Positions 29,439 to 38,072 of a stretch of DNA of 64,000 nt are shown here, one piece after another. The stretch is from IMG/VR virus record IMGVR_UViG_3300005573_000055, positions 32,001-96,000 of that record. One strand, given 5' to 3'. Within the stretch, counting starts at the first letter, position 1. Each line of letters begins with the position of its first letter. The DNA comes from a virus. The notes under the pieces are model-generated. The model searched no databases. It was not told the origin of the DNA and saw only the letters and a list, made by a program, of their open reading frames with translations. The position numbers and the translations under genes were made by a program.

Positions 29439-30125
29439 TTAGGCGTGCTGCGAAATGAAGCTTAAGATGGCATTAAGTGCTTTATTGAATAGCTGTCTAT
29501 CAACATCCAAAATGCTTTTCCTTTGCGGAACATGTGTTAATACAACGCGAACTTCATCCAGCATTTGCTTAAATATGTCATCTAAGTCATTCCTTTTTCT
29601 TACTATCTTTGAAAGAACATCCTTAATATTACCATCGTCTACTTTCAAAACTGTTTCATTTTTCACAAATATTTCATTAACGAATTCTGCTGGCAAATCG
29701 CTGATGCATATCTTTGCAGTCAGCATGCTATTCCCCCAAAAGTCATCAATCTTATGCAACCTTAAAGCACATTCAGATGGTCTTTCTGTGATTATGGCAT
29801 GGAGTATAATAAGCAGACGGCCTAAGTTGGATGTATCACCAGCCAGCGGTAAGCATCCTAGATAGAAAGAATTACTGCTGTCTGTATTGTCTATTGCTTC
29901 AATTGCTACTCTTGGTTTCCCGTTAAACTCTACATACTTTGACACAAGGGTAATGTCAGTACTTTCCTTAAGTGCTTCATATGACTTCTGTGCTTCTGGA
30001 TTTGTAGCATCTGCTAAGATTATTTTTAGATCAAATGTATTTGTAGACTCATTAAGGGTAAGTTCTGGTTGATATCGGCTTTTTGAGTATAGATTTACGA
30101 AACTTGCGATATTTTTATTCATCAT
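29439..30125 (-). CDS. hypothetical protein (weak HIRAN-like motif)
   Basis: VAIEAI...LGCLP weakly recalls the HIRAN NAIxV...LGYLP pattern. Confidence 0.35.
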   Translation of the reverse strand: MMNKNIASFVNLYSKSRYQPELTLNESTNTFDLKIILADATNPEAQKSYEALKESTDITLVSKYVEFNGKPRVAIEAIDNTDSSNSFYLGCLPLAGDTSNLGRLLIILHAIITERPSECALRLHKIDDFWGNSMLTAKICISDLPAEFVNEIFVKNETVLKVDDGNIKDVLSKIVRKRNDLDDIFKQMLDEVRVVLTHVPQRKSILDVDRQLFNKALNAILSFISQHA

Positions 30126-30450
30126 TTTTCATATCTCCCACTCTACTAATAAGCTCTGTAAATACATCTGCTGTAACAAAGTAAATATTGTTATTGCTTA
30201 CAAAGAAATAAGTTGAGCTAATAACTATAGCTGGCTCATCTAATTTGCTGAATATGCTTTTAAGCTCTGCATATCTGAAGTTGCCTACAAGCTCAAATTC
30301 ACCATTGCTATCACGCTTATACACATTAGAAAAGCCATTGCTGTCTAATTTATCTATCAGATATACAGGTATATCTTCTATTGGCTCGGAAGATAACTGT
30401 TCAAGTGCGTCATCTTCCAAAAGTGCAATCTCGGAGGTTAGGTTAATCAT
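30115..30450 (-). CDS. hypothetical protein
   Basis: 111 aa ORF within the operon. Confidence 0.5.
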   Translation of the reverse strand: MINLTSEIALLEDDALEQLSSEPIEDIPVYLIDKLDSNGFSNVYKRDSNGEFELVGNFRYAELKSIFSKLDEPAIVISSTYFFVSNNNIYFVTADVFTELISRVGDMKNDE

Positions 30451-30462
30451 GGCACTACTTCA

Positions 30463-30957
30463 CTATGCTACTTTGCTTTCTATGTTTTTCTTAAGAGCGC
30501 TGTCGAAGTTTAAGTGAATAGCTTTCTCTAAAGCTATCTTAAAGATTTCAAGCTCTCCTTCTGAAAGATAAATAGATATCTGTTCCTGGACATCATTACT
30601 ATCCTTCTGAGTAAACAAGAATCCATAAGTGCCTTCTTGAGTCCCGCAGCTAACAAGTAAGGTTTTGTATATCTTCTTGGCTCGATTGGGATGAACAAGT
30701 TTTGCTATCTCCTGCTTAGCAGACCAGCCGTTTTTGTCTATTTTCTTAAAGCCAGCAAGCAAGATAGCCACATCTCCGAGTGAAAGACCAAATACAAGTC
30801 TTTTATCCCAAAGGTATGAATTTTGACCTGGTGCATTTTTTACGCTATTGTCCGGAGAACCTGGAACAAAAGTTAAGAATATACTAAGTTCATGATTGTC
30901 ATCAGGTTCACGAACATCAACTGTCATAAAAGATTGTGTTCTAAAGAAACTAATCAT
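30463..30957 (-). CDS. Whirly/PC4-like ssDNA-binding protein
   Basis: YLWDKRLVFGLSLGDVAILL, LVHP, KTLLV and ISIYLSEGELEIF follow the Whirly pattern YDWxxKxxFxLSxxE...HDP...IPxxxxEF. Confidence 0.55.
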   Translation of the reverse strand: MISFFRTQSFMTVDVREPDDNHELSIFLTFVPGSPDNSVKNAPGQNSYLWDKRLVFGLSLGDVAILLAGFKKIDKNGWSAKQEIAKLVHPNRAKKIYKTLLVSCGTQEGTYGFLFTQKDSNDVQEQISIYLSEGELEIFKIALEKAIHLNFDSALKKNIESKVA

Positions 30958-30974
30958 TGCTATTACTCCTTGTT

Positions 30975-31229
30975 TTATTTTTCTTTATTTTCATTGAAAA
31001 AGCTATGTCTGTAAAGATCTGCTTTAGTAGCTGGAAAGTACATTTCGGTAAATACGCCAGCTAGTTCTTTTTCATTTAAGTCTAATGCATTAAATATGGC
31101 TTTGCAGTTGTCGCAGTAGATTTTTGAATTTGCCATTCCGGGACTTATCTTAGAGAAATCCTTGCCTCCGCAGAATGGACACGTACCATCGACTATACGT
31201 TTTGGTACATATTTTGGCTTATCTTCCAT
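30975..31229 (-). CDS. small Zn-ribbon protein
   Basis: CPFC...CDNC; GGAG RBS; starts 13 bp after the RT stop. Confidence 0.7.
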   Translation of the reverse strand: MEDKPKYVPKRIVDGTCPFCGGKDFSKISPGMANSKIYCDNCKAIFNALDLNEKELAGVFTEMYFPATKADLYRHSFFNENKEK

Positions 31230-31242
31230 AGTTATTCTCCAT

Positions 31243-32085
31243 TTATACTCCGATTATTCCTTGCAATTTATTTAAGTAGTTATAAGCATGGTTATTGACC
31301 TTAAGAACATTCTTATAACCGTTGATGACATGCTTAGACGGCGGAGTACCTCTTTTAATACCTGAAATGATGTGCTTAAAGACTTTTTCGTAGTACTCTT
31401 TGGCAACGTTGAGCTTCTCATTGACAACATATCCTAAGATACTTTGTCTTGTATAATAAGGCATAATATGACATTTGCGCCTGTTTACTTTAAAGTTGTG
31501 ACTTTCAATTATGCTGATTATTTCATTCTTCTCATTTTTGGTAATTACATCACCTGAGAATATCAGATTGTCCCCATAGCTCGTATATGTAAGGTTTTTT
31601 GAATTTGCATAAGCTTCTAACTCAACATCAAGGTTATACCTTACAATATTAGCAAACAATGGAGATGTCAGAAATCCTTGAGGCATAATTCTTTTATTAT
31701 CCCAAGGAAATGTAAGGAAATGCGCTATGGCGCCAATGTCTATGCCAGCTATATCAGTTATTCCATTATTAAGAAATGTCTCTACAAGTATTATGTCATC
31801 AATTTGGTCGAAGTAGTTCTTTAGGTCTAAATCCATGACTACTTTTTTACCTACGTGCAGCGCGGCACATTCAGTTCTTGAACGGCCGCGCCTCCATCCG
31901 TAGGCACTATCATGTATTTTAAGCTTATAGTTCTCAAGCAAAGACAGCAGCAGCTTTTGAGCTGTTCTGTAAGTGCTATTTGGATTTATAATCCTTCGGG
32001 TCTTATGCTTGGTTTTGACGTGAAGAATATCAACAAATCTGCGTTGATCTTCGTTGATATACATTATCAGGTCTTTAAGTATCAT
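31243..32085 (-). CDS. retron-type reverse transcriptase with YGDN active-site motif
   Basis: RRIINP, HDSAYG, CAALH (region X NAxxH), DLKNYFDQI, PQGFLTSP.FAN, YTSYGDNLIFS, F.VN..K and RQSILGYVVN (region Y VTG-like). Confidence 0.9.
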   Translation of the reverse strand: MILKDLIMYINEDQRRFVDILHVKTKHKTRRIINPNSTYRTAQKLLLSLLENYKLKIHDSAYGWRRGRSRTECAALHVGKKVVMDLDLKNYFDQIDDIILVETFLNNGITDIAGIDIGAIAHFLTFPWDNKRIMPQGFLTSPLFANIVRYNLDVELEAYANSKNLTYTSYGDNLIFSGDVITKNEKNEIISIIESHNFKVNRRKCHIMPYYTRQSILGYVVNEKLNVAKEYYEKVFKHIISGIKRGTPPSKHVINGYKNVLKVNNHAYNYLNKLQGIIGV

Positions 32086-33233
32086 GTTACACTTGCTGCT
32101 ATGTTTTGCATCGCTTGTGATGACATATTTGAAAGAATGCTTTGCAGGGTTGTCTTTGGCTGACTGTTTAACTGAGCTAGTCTTTGTTTTTCTGCTTCAC
32201 TTGTAAGAAAGACAGGTTCATTAATCTTAAATCTTCTTGTTTCACCAAACCTATTGAAGTAATAAACATCATACTCAAGCAAAGAACCAAGATAATCCAT
32301 TGGCATTTGAGCAATACTCATCAGATTTACAAATTCCATCTTTGAAAGATTATCAATAAATGAGCCTTTTAAACCATACGTATAAAATATTTCTCTTAGA
32401 TCAAACATTATCAAATATAGAATATTGAGTATCATGTTTGCAGCGGTTCTATTTATAGCTATACTTTGTGGTTTAGAGACAGCATTTTCTGCACATGATA
32501 CTCTTGCAAGCTCTTCAGCTTCACGAAGCAGGCTTTCCTCTGTAAACAGTTCTGGCCATATAGTCTTCATACTTCTTGGTAATCCCAATTTTGGTCCTGT
32601 AAGTATGATCTGCCCTTCCTTCTCGTCATTACCTGATGAAATTAGTAATACGTAGCTGCTATCATAAACACTTTCTATAAGACTGATAATACTATTACGC
32701 ACTGTAAGATTATCAGTCGCATCAATTATTACCATAAAATCGCCATATGAATATCCAATGTCAAGCTCATTGCGTGAGGAGTCGACAAAGTTAATGTCTT
32801 CAAACTTACAGACATGGGCCGATATTGGGAAACCTGATGCTATACTATAACGTTCTGCTAATACTTCTGCTTTTGGTTTGCCTATATCATTATAGATAAA
32901 ATTCTGTCTTAGTATGTTCTTTTCTTCAACAATGTCTGGATCAACAATGTGTAAAAAGCAACTCATAGGAGGATTTGTTTGATCCTGCGTCTTTAAGAAG
33001 CTGTTGATCATCTGCACAAGACCGGGAATGACGTAGCCACCTGTGCCACCTGCACCTACAACAATGAATTTGAATCTTAGAAATCGATAGTTTCTTCCAC
33101 CTGTAACATCGTCAAAGTCACATATTTTATAATTGACAGTACGGTTTTGATCTATAGTAACCAAATATGGCATATAGATACGTAATTTCCCGTTTTCATA
33201 CTTAAGAAAAGAGTTGAATGTTGTATCTGTCAT
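32082..33233 (-). CDS. ThiF/E1-like ubiquitin-activating enzyme (PRTRC ThiF-like)
   Basis: VVGAGGTGG, DPDIVEEKNILRQNF, KAEVLAERY, IIDATDN, SGN...GQ, SCAE (putative catalytic Cys) and QSIAIN motifs. Confidence 0.9.
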   Translation of the reverse strand: MTDTTFNSFLKYENGKLRIYMPYLVTIDQNRTVNYKICDFDDVTGGRNYRFLRFKFIVVGAGGTGGYVIPGLVQMINSFLKTQDQTNPPMSCFLHIVDPDIVEEKNILRQNFIYNDIGKPKAEVLAERYSIASGFPISAHVCKFEDINFVDSSRNELDIGYSYGDFMVIIDATDNLTVRNSIISLIESVYDSSYVLLISSGNDEKEGQIILTGPKLGLPRSMKTIWPELFTEESLLREAEELARVSCAENAVSKPQSIAINRTAANMILNILYLIMFDLREIFYTYGLKGSFIDNLSKMEFVNLMSIAQMPMDYLGSLLEYDVYYFNRFGETRRFKINEPVFLTSEAEKQRLAQLNSQPKTTLQSILSNMSSQAMQNIAASVT

Positions 33234-34213
33234 GGTTTACTGGCTCCATAAATTCTTTTATAAGAATCTAATATGCTTTCGATAGTTTTGTCTACACCTG
33301 GCTGCTTTGTTTCCTTCTTTTCACCTATGTATTTATTACTCTCAATGGTATTCGACACATCTTTACCATTAAGTCTTTTAGAACCAAAGAGACTGTCGTT
33401 GTCATCAAGGTCCCAATAATAATTTCCTTCATAATAATGACTTCCGTATTTTGAAACACCAAATTCGTCAGTAAAGCTATAACCATTATTCAAAGCTTTC
33501 TTCCAATCGCCAAATACAGATAAATCCGCCTTTCTTTCTTTGGTATCAAATATTGCACTGACAGGTAAGTTAACAAATTTTCCGCCAACATATGTTCTTG
33601 CAGAAATTGACGGTTCTTTGTTCATTATAGTACCAATAACCATGTAAATAATATTTTCTACATTGTGATCCCTATCATCAATGCCCGAGAAACTGCCCGT
33701 CATATTATGATGAGAATGTATCTCTATAGCATATTTATATTTCTCTTTCAAGCGAAAGATTTCCTGCATGGTCTCATCGTTAATATTGACAGATGCAGAA
33801 CTTACACGCTGTGGCATTACATAATAGTAAGGCTTATTATAGTCATTATCATTAAAGAAAAGATATACACACACTTCACTCGAATAGTGTTTATAGACTT
33901 CTCTAAAGAATTCAATTACATTGAAAAGCACTTCTTCAGGCAGTTTTGGTACATTGAGTTCAAAGGATTCATAAAGCTCGATGTTTATGCCCGGAAATAC
34001 GTAATCATACAACTTTACAGTAAACTTTCCTATTGAGTTAACTTTTCTTAAGAACATCCCGTTCTTAGCTATAATGAAAGCCTGCTTATCATCACTAGGA
34101 AGCTGGTCTATATAGTATTTATATTGATTGCGTAAGCCTTGAATTAATTCTGACATGGCTTGACTGTCAGTCTGTGTATTTACATACTGAGAATTTGATT
34201 TAGTGTTTAGCAT
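33230..34213 (-). CDS. JAB/MPN+ metallo-isopeptidase (PRTRC protein A-like)
   Basis: IIAKNG, conserved E (SSEV) and EIHSHHNMTGSFSGIDDRD JAMM motif. Confidence 0.88.
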   Translation of the reverse strand: MLNTKSNSQYVNTQTDSQAMSELIQGLRNQYKYYIDQLPSDDKQAFIIAKNGMFLRKVNSIGKFTVKLYDYVFPGINIELYESFELNVPKLPEEVLFNVIEFFREVYKHYSSEVCVYLFFNDNDYNKPYYYVMPQRVSSASVNINDETMQEIFRLKEKYKYAIEIHSHHNMTGSFSGIDDRDHNVENIIYMVIGTIMNKEPSISARTYVGGKFVNLPVSAIFDTKERKADLSVFGDWKKALNNGYSFTDEFGVSKYGSHYYEGNYYWDLDDNDSLFGSKRLNGKDVSNTIESNKYIGEKKETKQPGVDKTIESILDSYKRIYGASKP

Positions 34214-34940
34214 ATAAATCTCCTAAAGTTATTTTACGTTTTGACGGCATTTTGGAAAGCCAATCATTTTCGCTACTGAATATTTTATCATGTGCATAGA
34301 TAAGGTCTCGTAGCGAGTCAGAGTTGAGATCAGTAGCACGCTGTGCTTCATGAATCATCCTAATGTTTCTTGTCACCATAGCTCCTAATGAATTGTCCCC
34401 CAATTCCATAGACACGGAGCCAAAACAAACTTTGCCATCATTATATATATTTGGCTGATAGCTTACAAGCAGTTGCGTATTTGGTCCACGATATTCATAC
34501 ATCATGTATGAATAGACCGTAATTGCACTTGCTTTTCTCTGTATGGAATCATACATCAAGTTAACTTGGTATAAATTATAAGGAATGTGAAGCTTAAGCG
34601 TTAGAGTCCCATTTTGACTGTCAAATATAGAAGCAAGATCAACATTTACTTCTTTAGCAAGATCTAATGCAGGTATTAAACCTACTCCTGTAACTCTGAG
34701 GTAATAAACGCTATTGTGGTTTGGAACGGCAACAAAGTAAGTATGATAATTGCCGTTTATATTTAAAGCTACAGTTCCCAACGGCAAGTCATAGACAAGC
34801 TCACTCTTTATGTTAAATATATCTTTGAGCTCATTAAAGGTCATTGGAAGCTTAACTACAGAAGGTTTGCCGAGGCTTTTGGTAAAATAATTAGCAACTA
34901 TAATGTCACTATATATGTCTAGTGAAATTATTTTATCCAT
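34200..34940 (-). CDS. prokaryotic E2 family (PRTRC protein B-like) conjugating enzyme
   Basis: LPLGTV, IPYNLY and TQLLVSYQPNIYNDGKVCFG with putative catalytic Cys; located between the Ubl and JAB/E1 genes. Confidence 0.75.
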   Translation of the reverse strand: MDKIISLDIYSDIIVANYFTKSLGKPSVVKLPMTFNELKDIFNIKSELVYDLPLGTVALNINGNYHTYFVAVPNHNSVYYLRVTGVGLIPALDLAKEVNVDLASIFDSQNGTLTLKLHIPYNLYQVNLMYDSIQRKASAITVYSYMMYEYRGPNTQLLVSYQPNIYNDGKVCFGSVSMELGDNSLGAMVTRNIRMIHEAQRATDLNSDSLRDLIYAHDKIFSSENDWLSKMPSKRKITLGDLYAKH

Positions 34941-34949
34941 AGGTACTCC

Positions 34950-36632
34950 CTAAAAGTTTAAATAACTAATAAAGTCAAGTGCAACAAGTCCAGTAAGTAG
35001 CTTAGCTGAATTATCTGCTATTTTGTATAATATTTCTTCTGAGCGGCTGGCTGCATAGATAGCTTGACTGATATAATCGGCAGTTACAGAAGTGGATAAG
35101 TCAATAATAAAAGGAGGATGAGAGACAAATCCTTCATAACATGTTGCACCATAGCTTTTAATATTATAAGTATTGTATTTGCTTTTGTAGTCTTTACTCA
35201 TCCATGGAGCCAATTGAATCGAAGTGTATTCACTTTTACATACTATCTCTCTTATTGGTAGAAACGAATTAATTTCTGAGATAAGTAGTCTTACAAACAT
35301 GGAGTGATTACCATTATTAGATATTATATCGTCACCAACTACACGGCGAGTAATTTTAGTTACTTTTTCTGTGATCATAAGCGGTGGTATGTTCTCCATG
35401 ATCCCAAGAGCTGGTTTTTTCGAATCTAGCAGTGCCATATATGAATGTATTTTATGAATAACTAAAGCAGCTGCCAAATATGAATGCAAAATGCTTACTG
35501 CCATATATTTGATAAAGTTTGGGTATAAGAATTCTTCACCTGTACCGCTTTTGGCAAGCTTCATTGCAAGTATTTTCAAGTTTTTAATATTAAGAGAGCC
35601 ATCATTGTAGAATATAGCACCAAGACTTTCGTTTAGAAGTCTTAATATCATATAAAACTTTGCCATCGGGTGTATATTCAGCGATAAAACATGACTTACA
35701 GTGTTACTGAATATCTCTTTGCCGAATACTGCCATATATAAAAGCAGTACCTTGCCCATTGATGCACCAACATAAGTTGGCATCGTAAGTGGAGTATCTT
35801 TATCTTGAAATTTACAGTAATCAGGATAATTGCTATAAAATGCTTCAATCAGTTTGTGCGTGTTGCTGATTCTTATTTTTTTAGCATTGTCCAAATAATT
35901 AGCCATATATCTAATGGCAGGTCTATAATAATCACCAAGCGCTTCCATAAATTCTGAAGCATTGTCATATATAGCTGTATACGGAAATTCGTACATATGC
36001 GAGTAAGCATATATATTATCGATACAACCATAAGCGGGAAATAATGTGCTATATGGTACTTTGATATTACATCCTTCCTTTGCTAAAAATTCTTCAAAAT
36101 GGGAAGCTGCTAAGCTGTGTTCAAAATTAGATTCATTAATTATAACCTTCACCAATTTCACTATAGCCGAATCAGGTATTGGAAATAAAGCTTTCTCTTC
36201 GTTTGAGCAGACTTCCGTTTCCTTTTCTATAGTTTTTATTATATGATATAGGAAAAACACGTTCTCGTCAAATATTTCTGCATGATAGACTAAGTTGTTA
36301 AACTTGTATTTTAGCAATAGCCTTTTTTTGTCATCATGTTTGTAGTATCCATAAACTGCGGTATCTTTGAGATTGTCTTCTATCTTCTTTAGAACAATGG
36401 CTTCAAGGCCTGCTATATAAGTGTCAGTAAATCTATCCCATTGCTTCTGTTTCTTAAACAGCCGTCCCTTTTCTGGATAACTTACGTTTATAGAATTAAT
36501 AGATTTCTTGACAGAACTATCATACAATTTTAATCTTCTGAAATTATCCGCATTGCGCAGTACATAACTTGTATTGAGTAGAGCTATAAGCTCACTGCAA
36601 TTATTTATTTTCATTAAGTTTTCCATACACAC
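34950..36632 (-). CDS. hypothetical 560 aa protein in the ubiquitin-like operon (position of PRTRC protein F)
   Basis: long ORF 9 bp upstream of the E2 gene; no motif recognised. Confidence 0.5.
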   Translation of the reverse strand: MCMENLMKINNCSELIALLNTSYVLRNADNFRRLKLYDSSVKKSINSINVSYPEKGRLFKKQKQWDRFTDTYIAGLEAIVLKKIEDNLKDTAVYGYYKHDDKKRLLLKYKFNNLVYHAEIFDENVFFLYHIIKTIEKETEVCSNEEKALFPIPDSAIVKLVKVIINESNFEHSLAASHFEEFLAKEGCNIKVPYSTLFPAYGCIDNIYAYSHMYEFPYTAIYDNASEFMEALGDYYRPAIRYMANYLDNAKKIRISNTHKLIEAFYSNYPDYCKFQDKDTPLTMPTYVGASMGKVLLLYMAVFGKEIFSNTVSHVLSLNIHPMAKFYMILRLLNESLGAIFYNDGSLNIKNLKILAMKLAKSGTGEEFLYPNFIKYMAVSILHSYLAAALVIHKIHSYMALLDSKKPALGIMENIPPLMITEKVTKITRRVVGDDIISNNGNHSMFVRLLISEINSFLPIREIVCKSEYTSIQLAPWMSKDYKSKYNTYNIKSYGATCYEGFVSHPPFIIDLSTSVTADYISQAIYAASRSEEILYKIADNSAKLLTGLVALDFISYLNF

Positions 36633-36643
36633 ACTCTTATTGG

Positions 36644-37105
36644 TTAGAAGTAACTCACAGATGTTGATGCTGATGGTCTATTCATCTTACTTAGTATAAT
36701 CTTCTTGAACTCTATCTTGTTGTAATTTGTCTTAGATACAATGTCATATTTTTCTTTCAAGTATTCAAGGATGGCTATCTGCTTTTCATCTAATATGCCT
36801 TTTCTCAAAATATATTCCCTTAACGCAGGAGATAAAGTCATTCCTATTTGAGATATTAGTGTACCTTTTATGTCTTCTGAATAACTAACACTATATAGAT
36901 AGCTAAACAGAAAGTTGATATATATGTAGTTTAGCAGGTCTCTTTGAGCTTTTTCATCAAGCTTTAATACATCTTTTACAGTAAACATATATGTCATAGC
37001 TTGAAAGATAAGATCTGACTCAATTTCTTTGAACATCATTTTAGCTGTATCATCTGACAGATTTTCAATTTTCTCTACAATTTGTTTGAGTATATTACCG
37101 TTCAT
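36644..37105 (-). CDS. hypothetical helical protein in the ubiquitin-like operon
   Basis: 153 aa; AGGAG RBS. Confidence 0.55.
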   Translation of the reverse strand: MNGNILKQIVEKIENLSDDTAKMMFKEIESDLIFQAMTYMFTVKDVLKLDEKAQRDLLNYIYINFLFSYLYSVSYSEDIKGTLISQIGMTLSPALREYILRKGILDEKQIAILEYLKEKYDIVSKTNYNKIEFKKIILSKMNRPSASTSVSYF

Positions 37106-37121
37106 AGCAGCTCCTACATAT

Positions 37122-37156
37122 TAAAATAAAGCACATTGGCATCCCGCCAACGTGCT
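37122..37156 (-). terminator. intrinsic terminator/attenuator after the Ubl gene
   Basis: AGCACGTTGGC-gggat-GCCAATGTGCT stem (one G-U pair on the - strand) followed by a T-rich tract. Confidence 0.7.
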
Positions 37157-37177
37157 ATGAATAATTAAATCCTTTAA

Positions 37178-37366
37178 TTAACCTAATGTCTTCCCGGCTT
37201 TATAGAACATTACTTTGACCACATTATTTTCTTCATTGATTGTGCAGCTGTAATTATCAATTTCTGGGAAGCCATTTTGTTTTAAGACTTCTCTAATTTG
37301 ACTTTCAGGTAAGGTTCCGTTAAAATCTACTATGCGCTCACCGTTGATATAAACAGTTGTAGTCAT
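37178..37366 (-). CDS. ubiquitin-like protein (PRTRC protein C / Prok_Ub-like)
   Basis: 62 aa with beta-grasp-like pattern, FPEIDN and C-terminal FYKAGKTLG-stop (compare YPEL...F....GTKG); GGGAG RBS. Confidence 0.75.
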   Translation of the reverse strand: MTTTVYINGERIVDFNGTLPESQIREVLKQNGFPEIDNYSCTINEENNVVKVMFYKAGKTLG

Positions 37367-37397
37367 ATGTTATTTCTCCCTTTTTTGTTAAAAGTTA

Positions 37398-37931
37398 CTA
37401 AAAGTTATTATTTAAACGTTCTTTGAGCTGTTCAGCTATTTGCTGCTTTATACTGTCATACTCACTTTGAGTGCTAGAAGAAGCATCAGTTTTAATTTCT
37501 ATATTGCTTTCTTCTGGAAGCGTATCGGCTTCTTCTTGAAGTTTATCATTATCATCTTCTTTGCTGTCACTTTCTGCTGCTTTTGCTCGTAACTCTAAAG
37601 AAAGCTTTAAAGCATTATATAAATCGCTTTCACCACTGGTAGCAGCAGGCTCTGAAACTTCTTCTTCTTCGCTTTTGTCTTCATCTGCAAATTCATCTTC
37701 ATCTTCTTCAAAGTTATCATCTTCATAAATATCTTCTTCTTGCACCTGAGATACTTGACTAGAAGCTGCTTGTGCTTGGGATGCTTGACTAAGAGCTGCT
37801 TTAAGCTGTAAAGCTTTTTTGAGCTTGTCAGCATCAAGCTTATCTTGTGGCTCTGGGCCTTGAGGTTGATGTTCTGCAAATGTCGAGTTTTCGTAGATAA
37901 AGACATTTGCATTTGCAATGTTTACTATCAT
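37398..37931 (-). CDS. acidic low-complexity protein (position of PRTRC protein E)
   Basis: long D/E tracts; first gene of the operon; GGGAG RBS. Confidence 0.6.
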   Translation of the reverse strand: MIVNIANANVFIYENSTFAEHQPQGPEPQDKLDADKLKKALQLKAALSQASQAQAASSQVSQVQEEDIYEDDNFEEDEDEFADEDKSEEEEVSEPAATSGESDLYNALKLSLELRAKAAESDSKEDDNDKLQEEADTLPEESNIEIKTDASSSTQSEYDSIKQQIAEQLKERLNNNF

Positions 37932-38005
37932 AAGATCTCCCTATTTAGTTTTTACTTAGTTAAATGACTATCTATGCTTGAGAACTGTAGCTTTCTAAAC
38001 ACATA

Positions 38006-38030
38006 AAAACCTTTTATTCTACTAATTAAT
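38006..38030 (-). promoter_or_regulatory. conserved promoter-like motif, copy 1
   Basis: 25-bp ATTAATTAGTAGAATAAAAGGTTTT (- strand), identical to 49711-49735; intergenic, upstream of the Ubl operon. Confidence 0.65.
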
Positions 38031-38072
38031 GAACACCAAAGAGGATCATTAAGCAGTGTTTTATACCTAACT

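Noticed and set aside
31243-32085. DGR or group II intron RT
   Set aside because: It has PQG..TSP rather than the DGR-type GNxxSQ, no TR/VR pair or avd gene was seen, and it lacks a maturase/endonuclease region and flanking intron RNA. The AxxH and VTG-like regions point to the retron class.
37607-37918. Alternative-frame Lys/Met-rich ORF
   Set aside because: It is a frame shadow of the acidic GAA/GAT-rich gene at 37398-37931.
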